DNA of 64,000 nucleotides from the human T2T-CHM13v2.0 reference genome, Homo sapiens. A program made the position numbers and the translations under genes. The stretch is from the NCBI RefSeq assembly GCF_009914755.1, contig NC_060931.1, one strand, 5' to 3'. Shown here one piece after another: positions 27,436 through 41,569 of this stretch (its first letter is position 1; each line of letters begins with the position of its first letter). The notes beneath the pieces were generated by a model. It was given only the letters and a program-made list of their open reading frames with translations, was not told where the DNA came from and searched no databases.

Positions 27436-29374
27436 TTATTTGTTTTTTAATTAGTGTACCATTCCATGCTATAACCTAAAACAGTAAGTAGAAGTCTGGA
27501 GGCCGTGATTTTCACATCCAGGAACTCAAGGGAAGAATGGAGTGTATAGGCAGAGCATGGCCGTGTCCACCTGTGCCAGGTTTTTGTTTTTCACTGTGCT
27601 TCATCTTTAACACATTTGTTGAAGACTTTTTCACATTGATAGACTATGTCTAGCAATAAGACATTAGTATTCGTTGTGGATTAGAAGGTAATCCCCACAT
27701 TATTCCCCTCACCTTCTGCAGTTTAGCTTTGATTTCACTACCTAAGAGGTCTTTTTCTGGAAAGTACACTTTTTTAATGTATGGCAGCTTCAAAAGCAGG
27801 AGCTGAAGAATGCATCCAGTTTTCCTAGTCTGCTAAAGGCAGGGACTGTGGAAATAGAATCAGAATGTCGTTATTCTACAACTTTTCTAAATCAAATTTA
27901 TTTCCCAAGCATGAAGTGTTAACAGCACCCTACCCACTGGAATATTTTGAGGGACAAAAGAAATTCTGACTTGATTACCAGGACTCTCGTCTCCCTCTTA
28001 ATATGTCTCTAAGAGGTTTTTTGCCCTGGAATCCGGTGCCCGGTGATCTTAGGACAATTCCCCATTTGCAGCATAATTTATAAGTTACCCATTCTCTCTT
28101 TCCCCTGTAATAACAAAATTGCTGTGATAGCCATCCAACCAGTTAAAAAAAATTCAGGTAATTCATTTCTAAATTGGAACTTGTTTCTTTTAAATCAGCC
28201 TTGTAATGTATTACAGACATCACTCTCAGCATTGGCTACAGAAGTGATTTAATGCTGAGTTTTTAATGATTCCTTCATTAATCCTGGTATTCTGGGATTT
28301 AACACTCACTGGCCAATGATGAAAACTTTGATTTCATGCATATCAGATAACGCTGGGCAGTTGCTGAAGCCATGAATCTTGCCTCTGTAGTGGCATGTAT
28401 GATTGAGAGTGTTGCGGATGGATGGGTGCTCTCCCAGGCCGTGCACTGCTGCTGAAGAGGTGAACACGATATCTTTATCAGCTCAGGGTGACCTCTTCCC
28501 AGCACAGTTGCATTTGAAGCAAGAATTTGCACTGACAGCTTCGTCTCCTAGATCTCTGGACTTGTGAAGTCAGGCTTCACCTTTTCAACTATTTCCTAAA
28601 AGATGCTTTCTTTGAGAACATGTCCCTTGATGTCTATATTTTGATTTTTTTCTTCTAATAAAGTCATATAATTTTTTAGTAGAAAGACATCGATAGGACT
28701 ATCTAGTCCACCTCCCTCATTTTGCAAACAAGGCAGCGGAGTCCACGAGGAGTGACATAACTAGGCCAATGCTAATAATAATGAAAATTAATAACAACAG
28801 CAGTGACCGCCAACATATATAATGCTTACTGTGCGCCAGGCACTATCTAAATGTAGTAATTCATTTTTTCCCCACAAAACCTTCAGGAGGTAACATTGCA
28901 CAGCAAGTCCAGTATCCCACACAGCTTCTTTCTGTACCTCCTGCTGCTCTTAAAAGCAGAGAAGACAGTGTTGGTTGCATTCCTTACTCTTAATGGAAGC
29001 ATTACAAATGTTCCATGGAAGCGAGGTGCCAGTTTATTTACTGTAGAGTCTTATGGCCAGAGTGTTAATATACCTTGAAAAAATGCCATGTTCTTTCTTC
29101 CCTCAAAAAAAAATTATTGCTTAGTGAAGAGGAAGTCACCTTATCCATAGAGTCTTCTCAGAGGCTGTCATATTACAGTGTGCTGCCTTAGTTACTTTGT
29201 TTTGAACATATGAATTAACCAGTGCTATATGAATGTCATATTGGCAGAATCGTAAAACAATAGCTAACTTTTTTTTACACAGATACAGTAATTATTCCTG
29301 TGAGTGTGACCCCCTCATTACAAGCACCATGGAAAGTAACCTGTTAAAGCTCACCTTGAAGAGCAGTGCTCTAA

Positions 29375-29572
29375 GGTATAAGTTGGCAAACTTTTCTTCA
29401 AAGGGCCAGATGGTAAATATTTTCAGCTTTGAGAGTCATATGGTCTCCCTTGCAGCTATTCAGCTCTGCCTTTGTAGCGGTAAAGCAGCCATAGATGATG
29501 TGCAAGCAAATGGGTGTGGTGTCCCCATAAAACTTTAACTCCAAAAACTGGAGAAGAGTTTGCCTGCCCCTG
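29375..29572. mobile_element. MER58A-like hAT-Charlie MITE
   Basis: GTTGGCAAACTTTTCTTCAAAGGGCCAGATGGTAAATATTTTCAGCTTTG...CCCATAAAACTTTA...GTTTGCCTGCCCCTG, with terminal inverted repeats (TIRs). Confidence 0.8.
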
Positions 29573-31274
29573 TCCTAGGTTATGTTGTGGAGATAGGAAT
29601 ATACGATATACTTATAAGACAAATGATAAAATTTCAAAGTGAGAGAAAAGTACCTCAAGAAGTGTCTCTATTGATGGTGTATACTCTGGTGTTGAATACA
29701 CCCATACCGAGTGCAGCTTGAGCAGAACTTTTCTGAAATGTATACTTGATGATGTATAAATGTTATAAATAAATACTTTATTTGATTAGTTAGATATTTA
29801 GGATAAATAAGAAACTTCTCCCATTTTTCTAAGTCTTCCCCCACCCCCCACCCCAGGAAATTAGGTAGCTCTTTATATGCAAGCATGTTTTCTTGTCATC
29901 TTTTTCTCTTGAGCCCTATCAAAGGCTCAGTTTATGAGGAAATGGCATGTTTTGGAAATTGTTTTCAATACAATCTGATGGCTTCTCACTTCCTTCCAAT
30001 TGAGCCATCTCTACACTGGTCACTGGGGGTAGAACAGTTCACCACTTCTGTTTGGTGACACCAGCAACCATCCATCCACTTCTTGCTGATGGTGCTCTTC
30101 TGGTTATTTGAATCTGTGAGCATGTCCTTGTTTTTCTGGGTGTCTGATTCTCATATTTTGTTCAATGCTACCTAAGTCTTGCTATCTAGAACAGTTCTGA
30201 ATCTGTAAAACAGCAGAGTCTTTCCTGTTAGAATTTTATTACTTTGCTGCCAGTTTAATTTTCTGATTTCTTTCTGGTGTCTTTCTCCCTTTTTTCATTC
30301 TCGCCAGTTCAGTGCTGACTAACCCTTTTCTTTGTATACCTTGTCAAAGTTTTTAATATGATCTAATTGAAGGCACTTCCCTGCACTATGGATTTTGCTG
30401 GTCTACTAGAGACAGTTTTTCTTTATTTTCAGCATGCCCCTTTTCAGATGCATCTGGAATAACAGCTGCATTCCCACTCCTGAATAAAATGGGTTAGGAA
30501 AGCTTCTCATTGGCAAAGCACCTGGATTCTTTGGCAAGATTGGAGGTAAACTCCAGACCAGATCCATCACCAGGAGAATGGGAGGACCAATTTTTATAGG
30601 GTGGGGGTAGACCATATGAATGAGGATGTGAGTGAACTCATGTTATAGAAGCACCATTTATATCTGTTAAATGTAAGGGATTAGATAATCTGTCATTATG
30701 CTAATTCTGGGTAACAGATGGTGGAGAGTTCTGCATCTCAACAGCAGTATTCACCATGGGGGAAATTAGCTTGCACCCAGATCAGCAGTTAGGCAGGAAT
30801 TCCATTGAGAGAGAAACACTATTGATGATTACATTAGTGTATCCCTCTGAGAGCATCTACACATATGGTGGGTTCCTTCAAATTATCTATAGTTGACATA
30901 TGCTTGGCCATGGCCCTTACTAAGTTACAGGACCTCTGTCCTTCTATCTATAAAGAATTTGAAGTTCGTTTAGGAAGATCAAGATTGGAAGTAGGTTAGG
31001 AAATGTGGCTCAGAGCATTATTGTATCATACAGTTTTTCTTCAAAGAAAGATGCCATACAGATGTCAAAAACATTGTTTGTCTGTCTTTGGAAATGAACT
31101 CCAGAAATGAAATGAGAAGCAGGAACTGGATGTGTTCTTTGTAAGTGCCATACCTTATCTTTGGTACAAGATTAAACAAACAAACAAACAAACAAAAGAT
31201 TTAATTAAGTCCTTTGGCTTCACATTCTCTAAGGGACTGTCTTGATTCTGTAATTTTTTTTTTCTCCTTTGTGG

Positions 31275-31495
31275 TTTTGTTTTGTTTGTTTCGTTTTTGA
31301 GACAAGGTCTTGCCCTATCACTCAGGCTGGAATGCAGTGACACAATCATGGTTTATGGCAGCCTTGACCTCCTGGATCCTCCTACTTCAGCTTCCCAAGT
31401 AGCTGAGACTACAGGCATGCCATCATGCTCAGCTAATTTATTTATCTTTTTTTTTTTTTTAATAGAGACAGGGTCTTGCTATGTTGCCCAGACTG
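31275..31495 (-). mobile_element. Partial AluJ
   Basis: Right arm, linker and part of the left arm; truncated. Confidence 0.85.
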
Positions 31496-32419
31496 TGGTA
31501 TTTATTTTATGTGGTATTTTGTTAAATCATAACTTCATCTACCCTTTGTATGCTGATGATTATCAACTTTTTATTTCTCCTTTTTTTTTTTTTTACCACA
31601 TACCTGCTTTTCATTTCCATTTGTATCATCTTACTCTCATTTCATAGCCAACATGCTTAACTCTAATGCTGATTAAAATGAAGGTTTCAAACTCCAGTGT
31701 GCCCAAGAATCACCTGTGTAGTTTATTAAAATACAACCTAAGCAGTGGGCTAGACCCAGCTTTTTTGGTACTCAACAAATTGGAGTCTTCTCCTGTCAGA
31801 TGATTCTATTCCTTTTCATATCGGCCAGACATACTGAGCTCGAAGAGAAGCCAAGAACCTAGACAACTCATTTTGAAGAGCTGTCCAGGTTGATTGGACA
31901 ACCATTAAAATGTATCACCACTTGTACAGGGAATATTCCAGATGTGCTTTAAGTAGGCATAGTCATTCATATTTAATGAGTTACTAAGTTGGATTATGAG
32001 CTATGGTTCAAGAAGCATATAGCATTTTGGATTGGGAAATCTAAAAGCTAGGGGCTGCCCATCAATAATAGCTTTGATTCCCACCAGGAGCTGAAATAAT
32101 TAAAGGTGTTTGATGCTGCCTAGGTGTTCCTTGGGGTATTGAGAGAAAGCAATTTCATTAGGAAGGTAGTGATTTAGTTATTTATATGTTAAAGAATTCT
32201 GTTATCAGTTCTTTCCTTCTACTCTTGCCATCCCTCCACTCCATGCACTCAACAAGGCAGATCCAAGCATTTCGTACCTGCAGGTTTTCCCCCTCTTCAA
32301 ATCTTGCTGCATAATACTCCTGGATTAATTTTCCATAAATGCTGTTTTAATGGTGCTATTTCACTACCATGGCTATTTTAGACTTTGACCGCTTTTGTCC
32401 ACCAAGCCCCCCTACTTAA

Positions 32420-33750
32420 CTATATCTCTTCCTATCACTGTCAGCAGTCTCATCTCTTACTTTATGGAGTAAATATAGGGTTATCAGGAAGATGCCTTTA
32501 ACTTCTTGTTCTCTCAGCTTCCAGTTTGCCTTCCTTGTTATGCTTGCTTTCTTACCTCCTGCCTTCCCATCTCCGTAGACAGTTTCACCTTCTTCTTTCC
32601 AAACTAATTGTTCTGCCTACATGCTCTAGATTCCAGTTCTTTTGTTCTCCTTGGGATTTTGTGCTATTGGCTATTCTCTTTTTAACTAGTGTTATTTTTA
32701 ATTGTCCTTCAGTCTTCTATCCTATTATATCTGCTTTTCTTCTTCTTGCCTTCTCTTCATAGCCAAGTTAATTAGAATAATTAAAAGACATTTTAATTCT
32801 GTCCCGTTTGCTATTCATTCCTTTCCCTTCTAGCTTTGAACCTTCCCCATCATTCACCAATGCTTCCCTGAAGGACACTTCTCAGTCTTTACTTTTACTT
32901 GACCTCTCTGGAGTATTTAATACTTATCTTTTAAAATCTTGTTTTCTTCTACCTTTTCAGTATACCACACTTTCGTGGATTTCCTTCTACAACTCTGATA
33001 ACTTTTTCTCAGTCTGCTTTGAATGCTCCTTAAATATTTGTGCTTCCTAGGCTTCTGTCATTGTCCCTCTTCTTACCACTATTCAGTCTCTGGGTGATCT
33101 GATGGTGATGCTGCTGACTTCCCTTTCCCTGTCTCTAGCAGGCTTCCCACCTATATTCAACTGCTGTTCCTTTACTCAAATGATCGCGTCTTTTGATGGT
33201 GTCACCATTTACATAGTCTTTTAGTCTAGAGATCATGTTGTCGTCTTTATCTCCTCCTAACTCCCAGTATGTAATTACCTACTGGTATATCAGGTTCATC
33301 CTATCCTGGCTCTCCTCACTGCCTGGTTTATGCTGTCAGTGTAGAATAACTCAGCAGTTCTTTTTACTAGCCTCTCTATTTCTAGTCTTACTGCCCTCCA
33401 ATCCATTTTCTACATTACTGCTTTAATTCTCTTTTTGAAACACACATCTGATTTTTAGAATCATTCCATAACCTTAGGAGTGGAGTATACTGAGCCATGA
33501 CCTGGCCCCTCCCTACCTCTCCATGTTTATATTTACATTCCCTGGTTCTCATTCACCATTCCTTTAAAAAAAAAAAAAATTAAATGCATTACTATTTAAC
33601 TTAGTCTGCTCTCTGCCTGGAACATACATTTCATCTGGTTAGCTCTTACTCATTCTTCAGTGCTTCATTTCTCAGGAAAGTTTTGCTGTAGGTACTCCGT
33701 CTAAAATCTGAATTGTGCATCTTGTGTGTGTCTTCCCCCAACACTTGGTG
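32420..33750 (+). mobile_element. Degraded L2 LINE fragments
   Basis: CT-rich L2-type motifs (CTTGACCTCTCTGGAGTATTTAA; CCCTCCAATCCATTTTCTACA; CTCTGCCTGGAAC). Boundaries rough. Confidence 0.6.
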
Positions 33751-33775
33751 CTTACTTATAATAAGACTCATAGTA

Positions 33776-34060
<285 letters not shown>

Positions 34061-34544
34061 AAGACTCATAGCACACACAGCACTAGGTGACAAATAACTA
34101 TTTTATTCCCAGTATGTAATATCTTTTCTGCCTTATAGAGGGTATTTGACTTAACAAATGCTCGTGTCCTTTCCATGGCTCCCCATGGGGTATGTCTTTA
34201 TTTCTAGGCTTGGCTAAGGTCCGAAACACAGATGATGCCTTCTGTGGCATCATTTAGAGCATTAGCTTTGTCTACCACCCTAGAGGTCCTTCAGGTCAAG
34301 TTAGTCCGCTTGGTATGATAGAACAGAAAATATGACTTAAAAGGTAAATGTCTTTCTCAAGTTTCATCTTACTAAAGCCAGACTTGGAATTTAAAATCTC
34401 ATGTTTCCAAATGTAAGTAAAACTCAACCTCATTTGCATGTAATCTCCAAATTGCACCTGTTTTCTTAGGCCACATGAACATTATATGGTTGTTTTATTT
34501 TTTTTAACTTTAGTTTGTGGGTATTTTTTTTCCTCCATCTCTAG

Positions 34545-35085
34545 TCAACAGCTTATTTACTGAGTTGAGTACATGACGTTGCCAGGCGCCAGTTCTTTGC
34601 ACTGGGGATAGATCAGTGCATATGATAGAGAGATCTATTTTGTGCGGCACTTTCGTTCCAATGGGGGCAATCAGATAAAGAAGCAGTAAAGATATATAGG
34701 TGATGAAAAGTGCTATAGAGAAAACTAAAGCTATGAAAGAGTTGAGGGAGGTATTCCAGGGTTACGAGGGGGAAATTTTTTAGTAGGGAAGCCAGGGAAG
34801 AGTCAGGGAGGCCTCAGTGGCAAGGTATCAGGAGCAAGGACCTGAAGGATGGCAAAAAGCAAGTGGCAGAAGGCAAAGGCAACACTAGAGACAGAGGTCT
34901 TATGGTCAAGTGTCCTGGATAGCAAAGAAGGCTTTAGGGTTGGAGCAGAGGGAGCAAAGGTGGAGGTGGTGGGAGATGGGGTTAGCGAAGGAGGGAATGG
35001 GGACAGCAGACCTGTAGGCTGTACATGGCCTTTGCTTTGAGTGAGACAGGAGCCATTACAGAGTTTGGAGTAGAGGGATGGTGAC
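34545..35085 (-). mobile_element. L2 3' fragment
   Basis: TATTTACTGAG...GCCAGGC...CACTGGGGATA and GGAGCCATTACAGAGTTTGGAGTAGAGG antisense L2 motifs. Confidence 0.6.
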
Positions 35086-35209
35086 AAGTTTTGTCTACTT
35101 TGACCTTCAGAGATTTATTCTGGTTGAGAACTATTCTGATTATTCTAGGTGAGAATGGAGTTTAGAGTCATTAATGCTTTTCTTGTCTCCTTTCAGTAAG
35201 TTAAAATCC

Positions 35210-35640
35210 CATTGACTTTTTTTTAAAAATAATTGTAGATTCACTGAAGTGGCAAGGGTAGTAGAGAGAGGGCCATCCCATGTACCTTTCACCCAGTTTC
35301 CACCAGTGGTTAGATCTCATATAATTATAGTACAATATCAAAACCAGGAAGTTTACATTGATACAGTGTCTTTGTATAGTTCTATGCCATTTTATCAACT
35401 GTCGATTCACATACATCACAATGAAGGTAGAAAATTATTCAGTCATCACAAAGGTCTCCCTAGTGCCACCCCTTCTACCCCTTTCCCTTCCCATCATCCC
35501 TCTGACAACTGTTTTCCATCTCCATAGTTTTGTCATTTCATGAACATTACATAAATGGAATCATAATATGTGATTCTGTGAGATGGGCTTTTTAAATTTA
35601 GCATAATGCCCTTGAGATCCATGTAAGTCACTCCTTATAT
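35210..35640 (-). mobile_element. Old L1 (L1M-type) 3' fragment
   Basis: AAAATAATTGTAGATTCACTGAAGTGGCAAG...CCCATGTACCTTTCACCCAGTTTCC...TAAATGGAATCATA. Confidence 0.7.
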
Positions 35641-36046
35641 AGTTTGTTCTGGTTGACTTCTAATCTGTGTGTGAATGTAGGAGACAGGCTGTCATGGTGG
35701 AAGGATGCCTGTTTTATGACTTGAGACCTGAGTTCTAGCCCAGGTCCATCACTAAATACTACTTACTATCTCTGGGTCTCAGTTTAGCCACCTATAAAAT
35801 GAAGAAGAAATTACAGTCAAGATTCTTTCAGTAATAATTTTTTGGTGAGAGGACTGTAGTAGTCACCAACTCCATCTGCCTTTTTAATACTTACTGTGCA
35901 GTAATCTCCTATGGTCCTTAGTATATTGTCAAGCTCATTCTGACCACTCAAGAAACAGCTCATAGTGGTTTTATTGACATATTGCTGCTACTTGTCTTTT
36001 TCGAGTATAAGCTTGATAATAGGCCCCTATACTACTTAACAAGCTA

Positions 36047-37226
36047 CAGCCATGCATTACTTAACAATTGGGATACCTTCTGAGAAATGTGTCCTTAGGC
36101 AATTTGGTCATCGTTGGAACATCATGCAGTGTACTCACAGGAACCCTGATAGTATAGCCTACTACACACAGAGGCTGTATGGTATAGCCTGTTGTTCCTA
36201 TACTAAAAACTGTACATCATGTTGCTGTACTGAATACTATAGGCAGTTATATAACACAATGGTAAGTATTTGTGTATGTAAACATCTAAACATAGAAAAG
36301 GTACAGTAAAATTAGAGTATAAAAGGTACTTACCGTGAATGGAGCTGGCAGGACCGGAAGTTGCTTTGGGTGAATCATTGATGAAATAGGAAGTGAATGT
36401 GAAAGCCTAGGATGTTACTGTACGCTACTGTAGACTTTATAAACTGTACGCTTAGGCTACATTAAATTGATTTCAAAAAGTTTTCATTTTCAATAATAAA
36501 TTAACCTTAGATTACTGTAACTTTTATAATGCTTAATTTTTTTAAAAGAAACTTTGACTCCTTTGTAATAACACTTAGCTTAAAACAAACATTGCACAGC
36601 TACAAAAATATTTTTTATATCATTATTCTGTAAACTTTTTTCTATTTTTAAAATTTATTTATTTATTTTACTTTTTAAAACTCGTTTGTTGAAAAGTAAG
36701 ACACAAACATACACATTAGCCTAGACCTACACAGTCAGGATAATCCTTATCACTGTCTTCCACCTCTATATCTTGTCCCACTGGAAGGTTTTCAGGGGGC
36801 AATAATGTAAATGGAGCTGTCATCTCCTATGATAACAATACCTTCTTCTGGATACCCCCTGAAGGATCTACCTGAGGCTGTTTTACAGTTAATTTCTTTA
36901 AGTGGAAGGCATGCACTCTAAAATAACAATAATAAGTATGATAGTAAATACATGCACCATTAACATAGTCATTTATTATTGTTATCCATTACCATTACTG
37001 CCTGTACATAATTGTATGTGCTATACATTTATAGGATTCACAGTGCGGTAGGTTTATTTTTACCAGCATCACCACAAACTTGTGAGTAATGCATTGTGCT
37101 GCAGGCTATGACTACGCAGTCTCTAGGCCATAGCAGATTTTTTTAGCTCCATTATAATCTTATGGGATCCACCTGCGTATATGTGCTCCATCATTGACCA
37201 AAACATCATTATGTAGTGCATGACTG
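36047..37226. mobile_element. Tigger3b (Golem/MER7-derived) non-autonomous DNA transposon
   Basis: TA|CAGCCATGCATTACTTAAC ... ATTATGTAGTGCATGACTG|TA: TIRs with a TA TSD. 1.18 kb; body resembles Tigger3b. Confidence 0.88.
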
Positions 37227-37255
37227 TATGTAAATGTGAAGATGAGTGTTTGGTT

Positions 37256-37315
37256 TTTCATTATTTTCAGTGATAAGTTGCAGAAAACTGTATCTTATCA
37301 CTGAAAATAATGAAA
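37256..37315. repeat. Near-perfect 60-bp palindrome/hairpin
   Basis: TTTCATTATTTTCAGTGATAAG (37256-37277) is the exact reverse complement of CTTATCACTGAAAATAATGAAA (37294-37315). Inner TGCAG-AAAA-CTGTA also pairs. Confidence 0.97.
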
Positions 37316-37514
37316 TTCCTCCTGCTGCCATAGCGCTCCAAACTAGAAATGTGTAAGGTATGCTTAATGCTCATTGAAATGATAAACAATCTTGTTGGCC
37401 TCAAACATTATCATCAAGTGTCATTATAAAGATATGGATAGAAGTGTGAATCTACATTGAACATGCACTACGTGACTATTAATAAGTAGATCCTAGTTCA
37501 TGTTAAAAATTATA

Positions 37515-37806
37515 GGCTGGGAGGAGGGACTCACACCTGTAATCCCAACACTTTGGGAGGCCGAGGCAGGAAGAACTCTTGAGGTCAGGAGTGTGAGACC
37601 AACCTGGGCAACATAGCGACACCCCATCTCTGCAAAAAAATTTAAAAGATTAGCCAGGTGTGGTGGTGCACGCCTGTAGTCTAATTCATCAGGAGGCTGA
37701 GGCAGGAGGATTGCTTGAGCCCAGAAGTTCGAGTCTGTGGTGAGCTAGGATTGTGCCACGTACTCCAGCCTGGGCAACAAAGTGAGACCGTGTCTCAAAA
37801 AGAAAA
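37515..37806 (+). mobile_element. AluJ element
   Basis: Dimer with GGGCAACATAGCGA / GGATTGCTTGAGCCCAG J-type positions. Confidence 0.9.
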
Positions 37807-38285
37807 CTCATTATAATATGTCTGAGCTAGAAGTTATTTTGTAGAGCATTTAGATCTAGCATCTCATTTTATAGGTATGGAAACTGGCACAGGCTTAGCA
37901 CATTTACATGAGGTGAAGCAGCTATAGAGAGAGCTGGGGTGAGAACCCATATCCTCTGCTCTGTGTTCCTGCTCTGTGCCATGTGGGGTTTTGTGAAACA
38001 GGCTCAGAATTGCTTTCTGGCCTGAGAGGGCTGGAGGAAGTGCATAAGATGACTTTCAGTACTGAAGAATAAATACCAATGCTGTGTGTAACTTCTTTCT
38101 TTTGTTGGTATGGATGATGGAGAATTAATTGATCAGTGTTTATTCCCAGCATTTCTGTTTGGCCATATACATTTGTTTTGTTGTGCTCTTCTCACTCTTC
38201 ACCTATTTTTTATAATTTAGATGAGGATTTTTTTTTCCTGTTAAAGTGTTGATATGACACAGTATCTTACATTAGACCTTTTTTA

Positions 38286-38289
38286 ACAC

Positions 38290-38331
<42 letters not shown>
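38286..38331. repeat. (AC)n microsatellite, about 23 units with one interruption
   Basis: Read directly from the sequence. Confidence 0.98.
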
Positions 38332-38333
<2 letters not shown>

Positions 38334-39285
38334 CTCTGCCACGCAGTGAATCTTTTTTAGAATGTTGGTTTCCTCTTTTCTAAGCTTTAGAAAACAAACA
38401 TAATAAGCTAAGCTAAAAGCTGAATATATTTTTGGTACCTACAGATGTGAAATTATTTTAACTGGTAAGAAGTTTACTGTCTGCGATCGATTTTTTTCTA
38501 TTGGGAAAATGAATGTAGTTGGGGAGTCATATTTGGTTAGAAATGTAAAGAAAATAACTAGGAGAATATCTCTTTGACCAACAACAGACCTACATCACAT
38601 TTACCTTGTTCATTCATTCTTAAGAGCACCTAAATTGATCTCTTTGCTGGAATATAGTGGTATCTTTGTGAAAACCAGAGATTGATATGTTCTTGACTTT
38701 AAGATACTCATCTCTTATATATTCCACCCTTTAATATGCCGTTCACGGATATTTCTAAACTTGATTTTATTCTTCACCCAGTGGCAGTATCCTTGAAGCC
38801 ACCTTCACTTCATCACCAGTCTTCTCTTGCCTTTCTCCTTTTTCTGAGCAGGGTGACTGAAACTGTTGGGTTTCAGGTGGGTTAGGGAACCTCACAGGAA
38901 TTTATGTGTTCAGGTAGAGAACACGTCATTAAGTTCCTACTCAGCTAGTGGTGAGGTGACAGAGTAAGACAGAGTCCTTCCCTCTTACTCTATCCTAAGT
39001 ACCTAAGCAGAGGATTAAAGATTAATCACTACCCAGCCACCTTTCCTGGACTCCGTAATTGGAGTGGGATTTGCCCAACCACCCACCTTAGACACTGCAG
39101 CTGGAATGGGAATTGGGTAATACAGGGCAAGACCGAGAAGAGAAAATCCTGTTGTATGTCCTTACCTGAGCCTTCAAGACTTCTTGAAGCCTAACTGTGT
39201 CACCTACCTCTCACCCTGGGCCTGGGCTCCGGTGTTTCCTAGTTTAGAAGAAAGCATGGCCTATGCAACTCAGGCTTAGGGACCA

Positions 39286-39471
39286 TTTATTTTTATTTTG
39301 TTTTGTTTTGTGTTTTTTAAGAGACAGGCTGTGTTGCCCAGACTGGAGTGCAGTGGCCATTCTTAGGCATGATTATAGCATATTGCTTCCTTGAACCCCT
39401 AGACTCAAGTGTTCTTCCCACAACAGCATCCCAAGTAGTTGGGACTATAGGCACATGCCACCACACCCAGC
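39286..39471 (-). mobile_element. FAM (fossil Alu monomer)
   Basis: Retains the 7SL-like segment CAGTGGCCATTCTTAGGCATGATTATAGC (compare CAGTGGCTATTCACAGGCGCGATC), which dimeric Alus lack. Flanked by GGAC..TTTATT repeats. Confidence 0.7.
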
Positions 39472-41569
39472 TGGACTTTTTATTATTCAGCTCTTGAAAT
39501 CGAACCTCATAATGTACTGTTAAGATCCTTCTGGTTGCAAGAAACAACAACAACTCTGACTATTCTAAACAAAAGGAAGATGTATGGGACATTATGAAGA
39601 GCTAATAGAACTCACTGGAGCATCAGGCTTGGAAAATAGATGGAGAACAGGGCTCCTGCAAAGGGCCAAGAAGCAGGATGCAGATTTGTTGTCTTAATTA
39701 GGAGCAGTCTGGCCAGGACACCCTCCCTTATGGTGTCACAGGGGCAGGACACCACTGTAAATGAAATTTGACTCTTCCCTCTATTTTGTATTACTCTCCA
39801 CGCAGAAGCATTTAATAGGCAGAGACTCTGTCATGTGTCTCTGCCCCACCTGCCAGGGACAGGGACAGGGTAGTCATCTGATGATTTTCATCTTCTGTGG
39901 TGTACAGCTTAGCATTGCATCCTATTAAGAGTACAACAGTGTGATATGTTAAAAGGGAGATAACAGTTGACTGTTACATCCATTGTTTAACATGTGAAAG
40001 TTGACTTTCAAACACATATTGAAAGACCATATTATGCACAAAAGTATGTAATGACTGTAATCATTTTTTGTATCAGGACCCTTTGAGGTTACTGACTTGA
40101 GTCCAGAGTCTAGGACAGTGGTGGAGTAGAGAAAAGTCCCCTGAGTGACTACACAAACTCTCAATTCCTACTCCCGCCATCAATGACTTGAGAGAAGCTG
40201 AGGGTGTTTTTTGATACTTCTATTCACACTCCCCATACTGATATTTTTTGTGAAATTTTGTTTCTCAAAGGATAGAGGAGCAGAAAAAAAAATAAGGAAT
40301 GAAGGAAACATACCTAGATCTACAATAAACATTTCTACTTTACGTTGGAATATATCCTGAGAAAAAAGAAGGGGTCATCAGACATTTTCGAATCATTTCT
40401 CCCATACCCCTCAAAAAAATCCTCTGAATCCCCAGAAGGCCTGCAAATTATTGTAATTAAATGTTTAATATATAATTTAGCTAACATATTAGAACTAGAG
40501 TGCTCAAATTTACAATATGTGGATAGATTATTTTTAATATGCTAATACATTTTTAATGTATTAAGGGCAACCTAGATAATTCATGCACACAGTATACTTA
40601 TTTCTATTTTACAGAATTATAAAAGCACAGCAGTGTAATAAAGGGAAACAGGCTAAGAATCAGAAGGCTCTTAGATGCCCATTATGCTGGTGTCACTCTG
40701 TTTTTCTTTTAGACAACAACTCATTAAAAAATTTCCTTGGTTTCTCTCTGGATCTGTCTTCATCTGCGTATGAAGGCATTTGGATTAGTTTCTCTCTATG
40801 GAGTCTTTTTGCTCAAAAATTCTATGACTCAGTCAGTTATTACTTTGTTTTCATCCAACAGCCCACAGAACCTCCTAGGAACTCAGTGAGTAAAATCAAT
40901 CAGCTAGCCAATAAATATTTATTGAGTGCCTACTAAGTGTTTTGCTCTTCTTGGATCTGTAGGGAATATGATCTAGTTGGGAAGACAAGATATGTACCCA
41001 GAAAAGATAATATACAGCAATAAAAGCTGAGTGCCAGATGAGTGGTGCAGCTACAGGCACCGGCATGGGGAGAATGCCAGGCTTGGTTGGTGGCTAAGGA
41101 GTAGCCTGTTCAGGCTAAAGCAGAAAGTTGGAAGGGATTTAATGGAATAGGGTCAGAGGTATGAGGGTAGATTGTAGAATACCTTTAATAGTCTGTTGCC
41201 CTGGAATTGTGGCACTGTTGAGTCAAAAGAAAACCAGGTTTGAAATCAGAAAACCTGGCTTCTAATCATGGCTCTGCCACTTACAAAATGATTACATGTG
41301 GCAAGGCTGCAATGTTTTTCTCTTTTTTGGAAGCAATATATACTGCCTTTGTATTCTGTATTACTAGGATGATTAGGTTAATGTGTGTTTAAATGCCTGT
41401 TCCATGGTGGACATCCTGTAGATGTTCATTATGTCTGAAATATTCTTTTGAGTAAAAATGGATGAGAGTTGTGTCATCAGATGTTTTCAGATTATAGGTT
41501 GGACAAGGTCATTGGCAATGTCCTTTTTATCACAGAAACACCATGTTTCTACCTCCAGCCTGTGTGTGC

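Noticed and set aside
39515-39900. Possible ancient MaLR/ERVL LTR fragment
   Set aside because: Only the first ~80 bp resemble a recalled consensus, and no termini or TSD could be defined.
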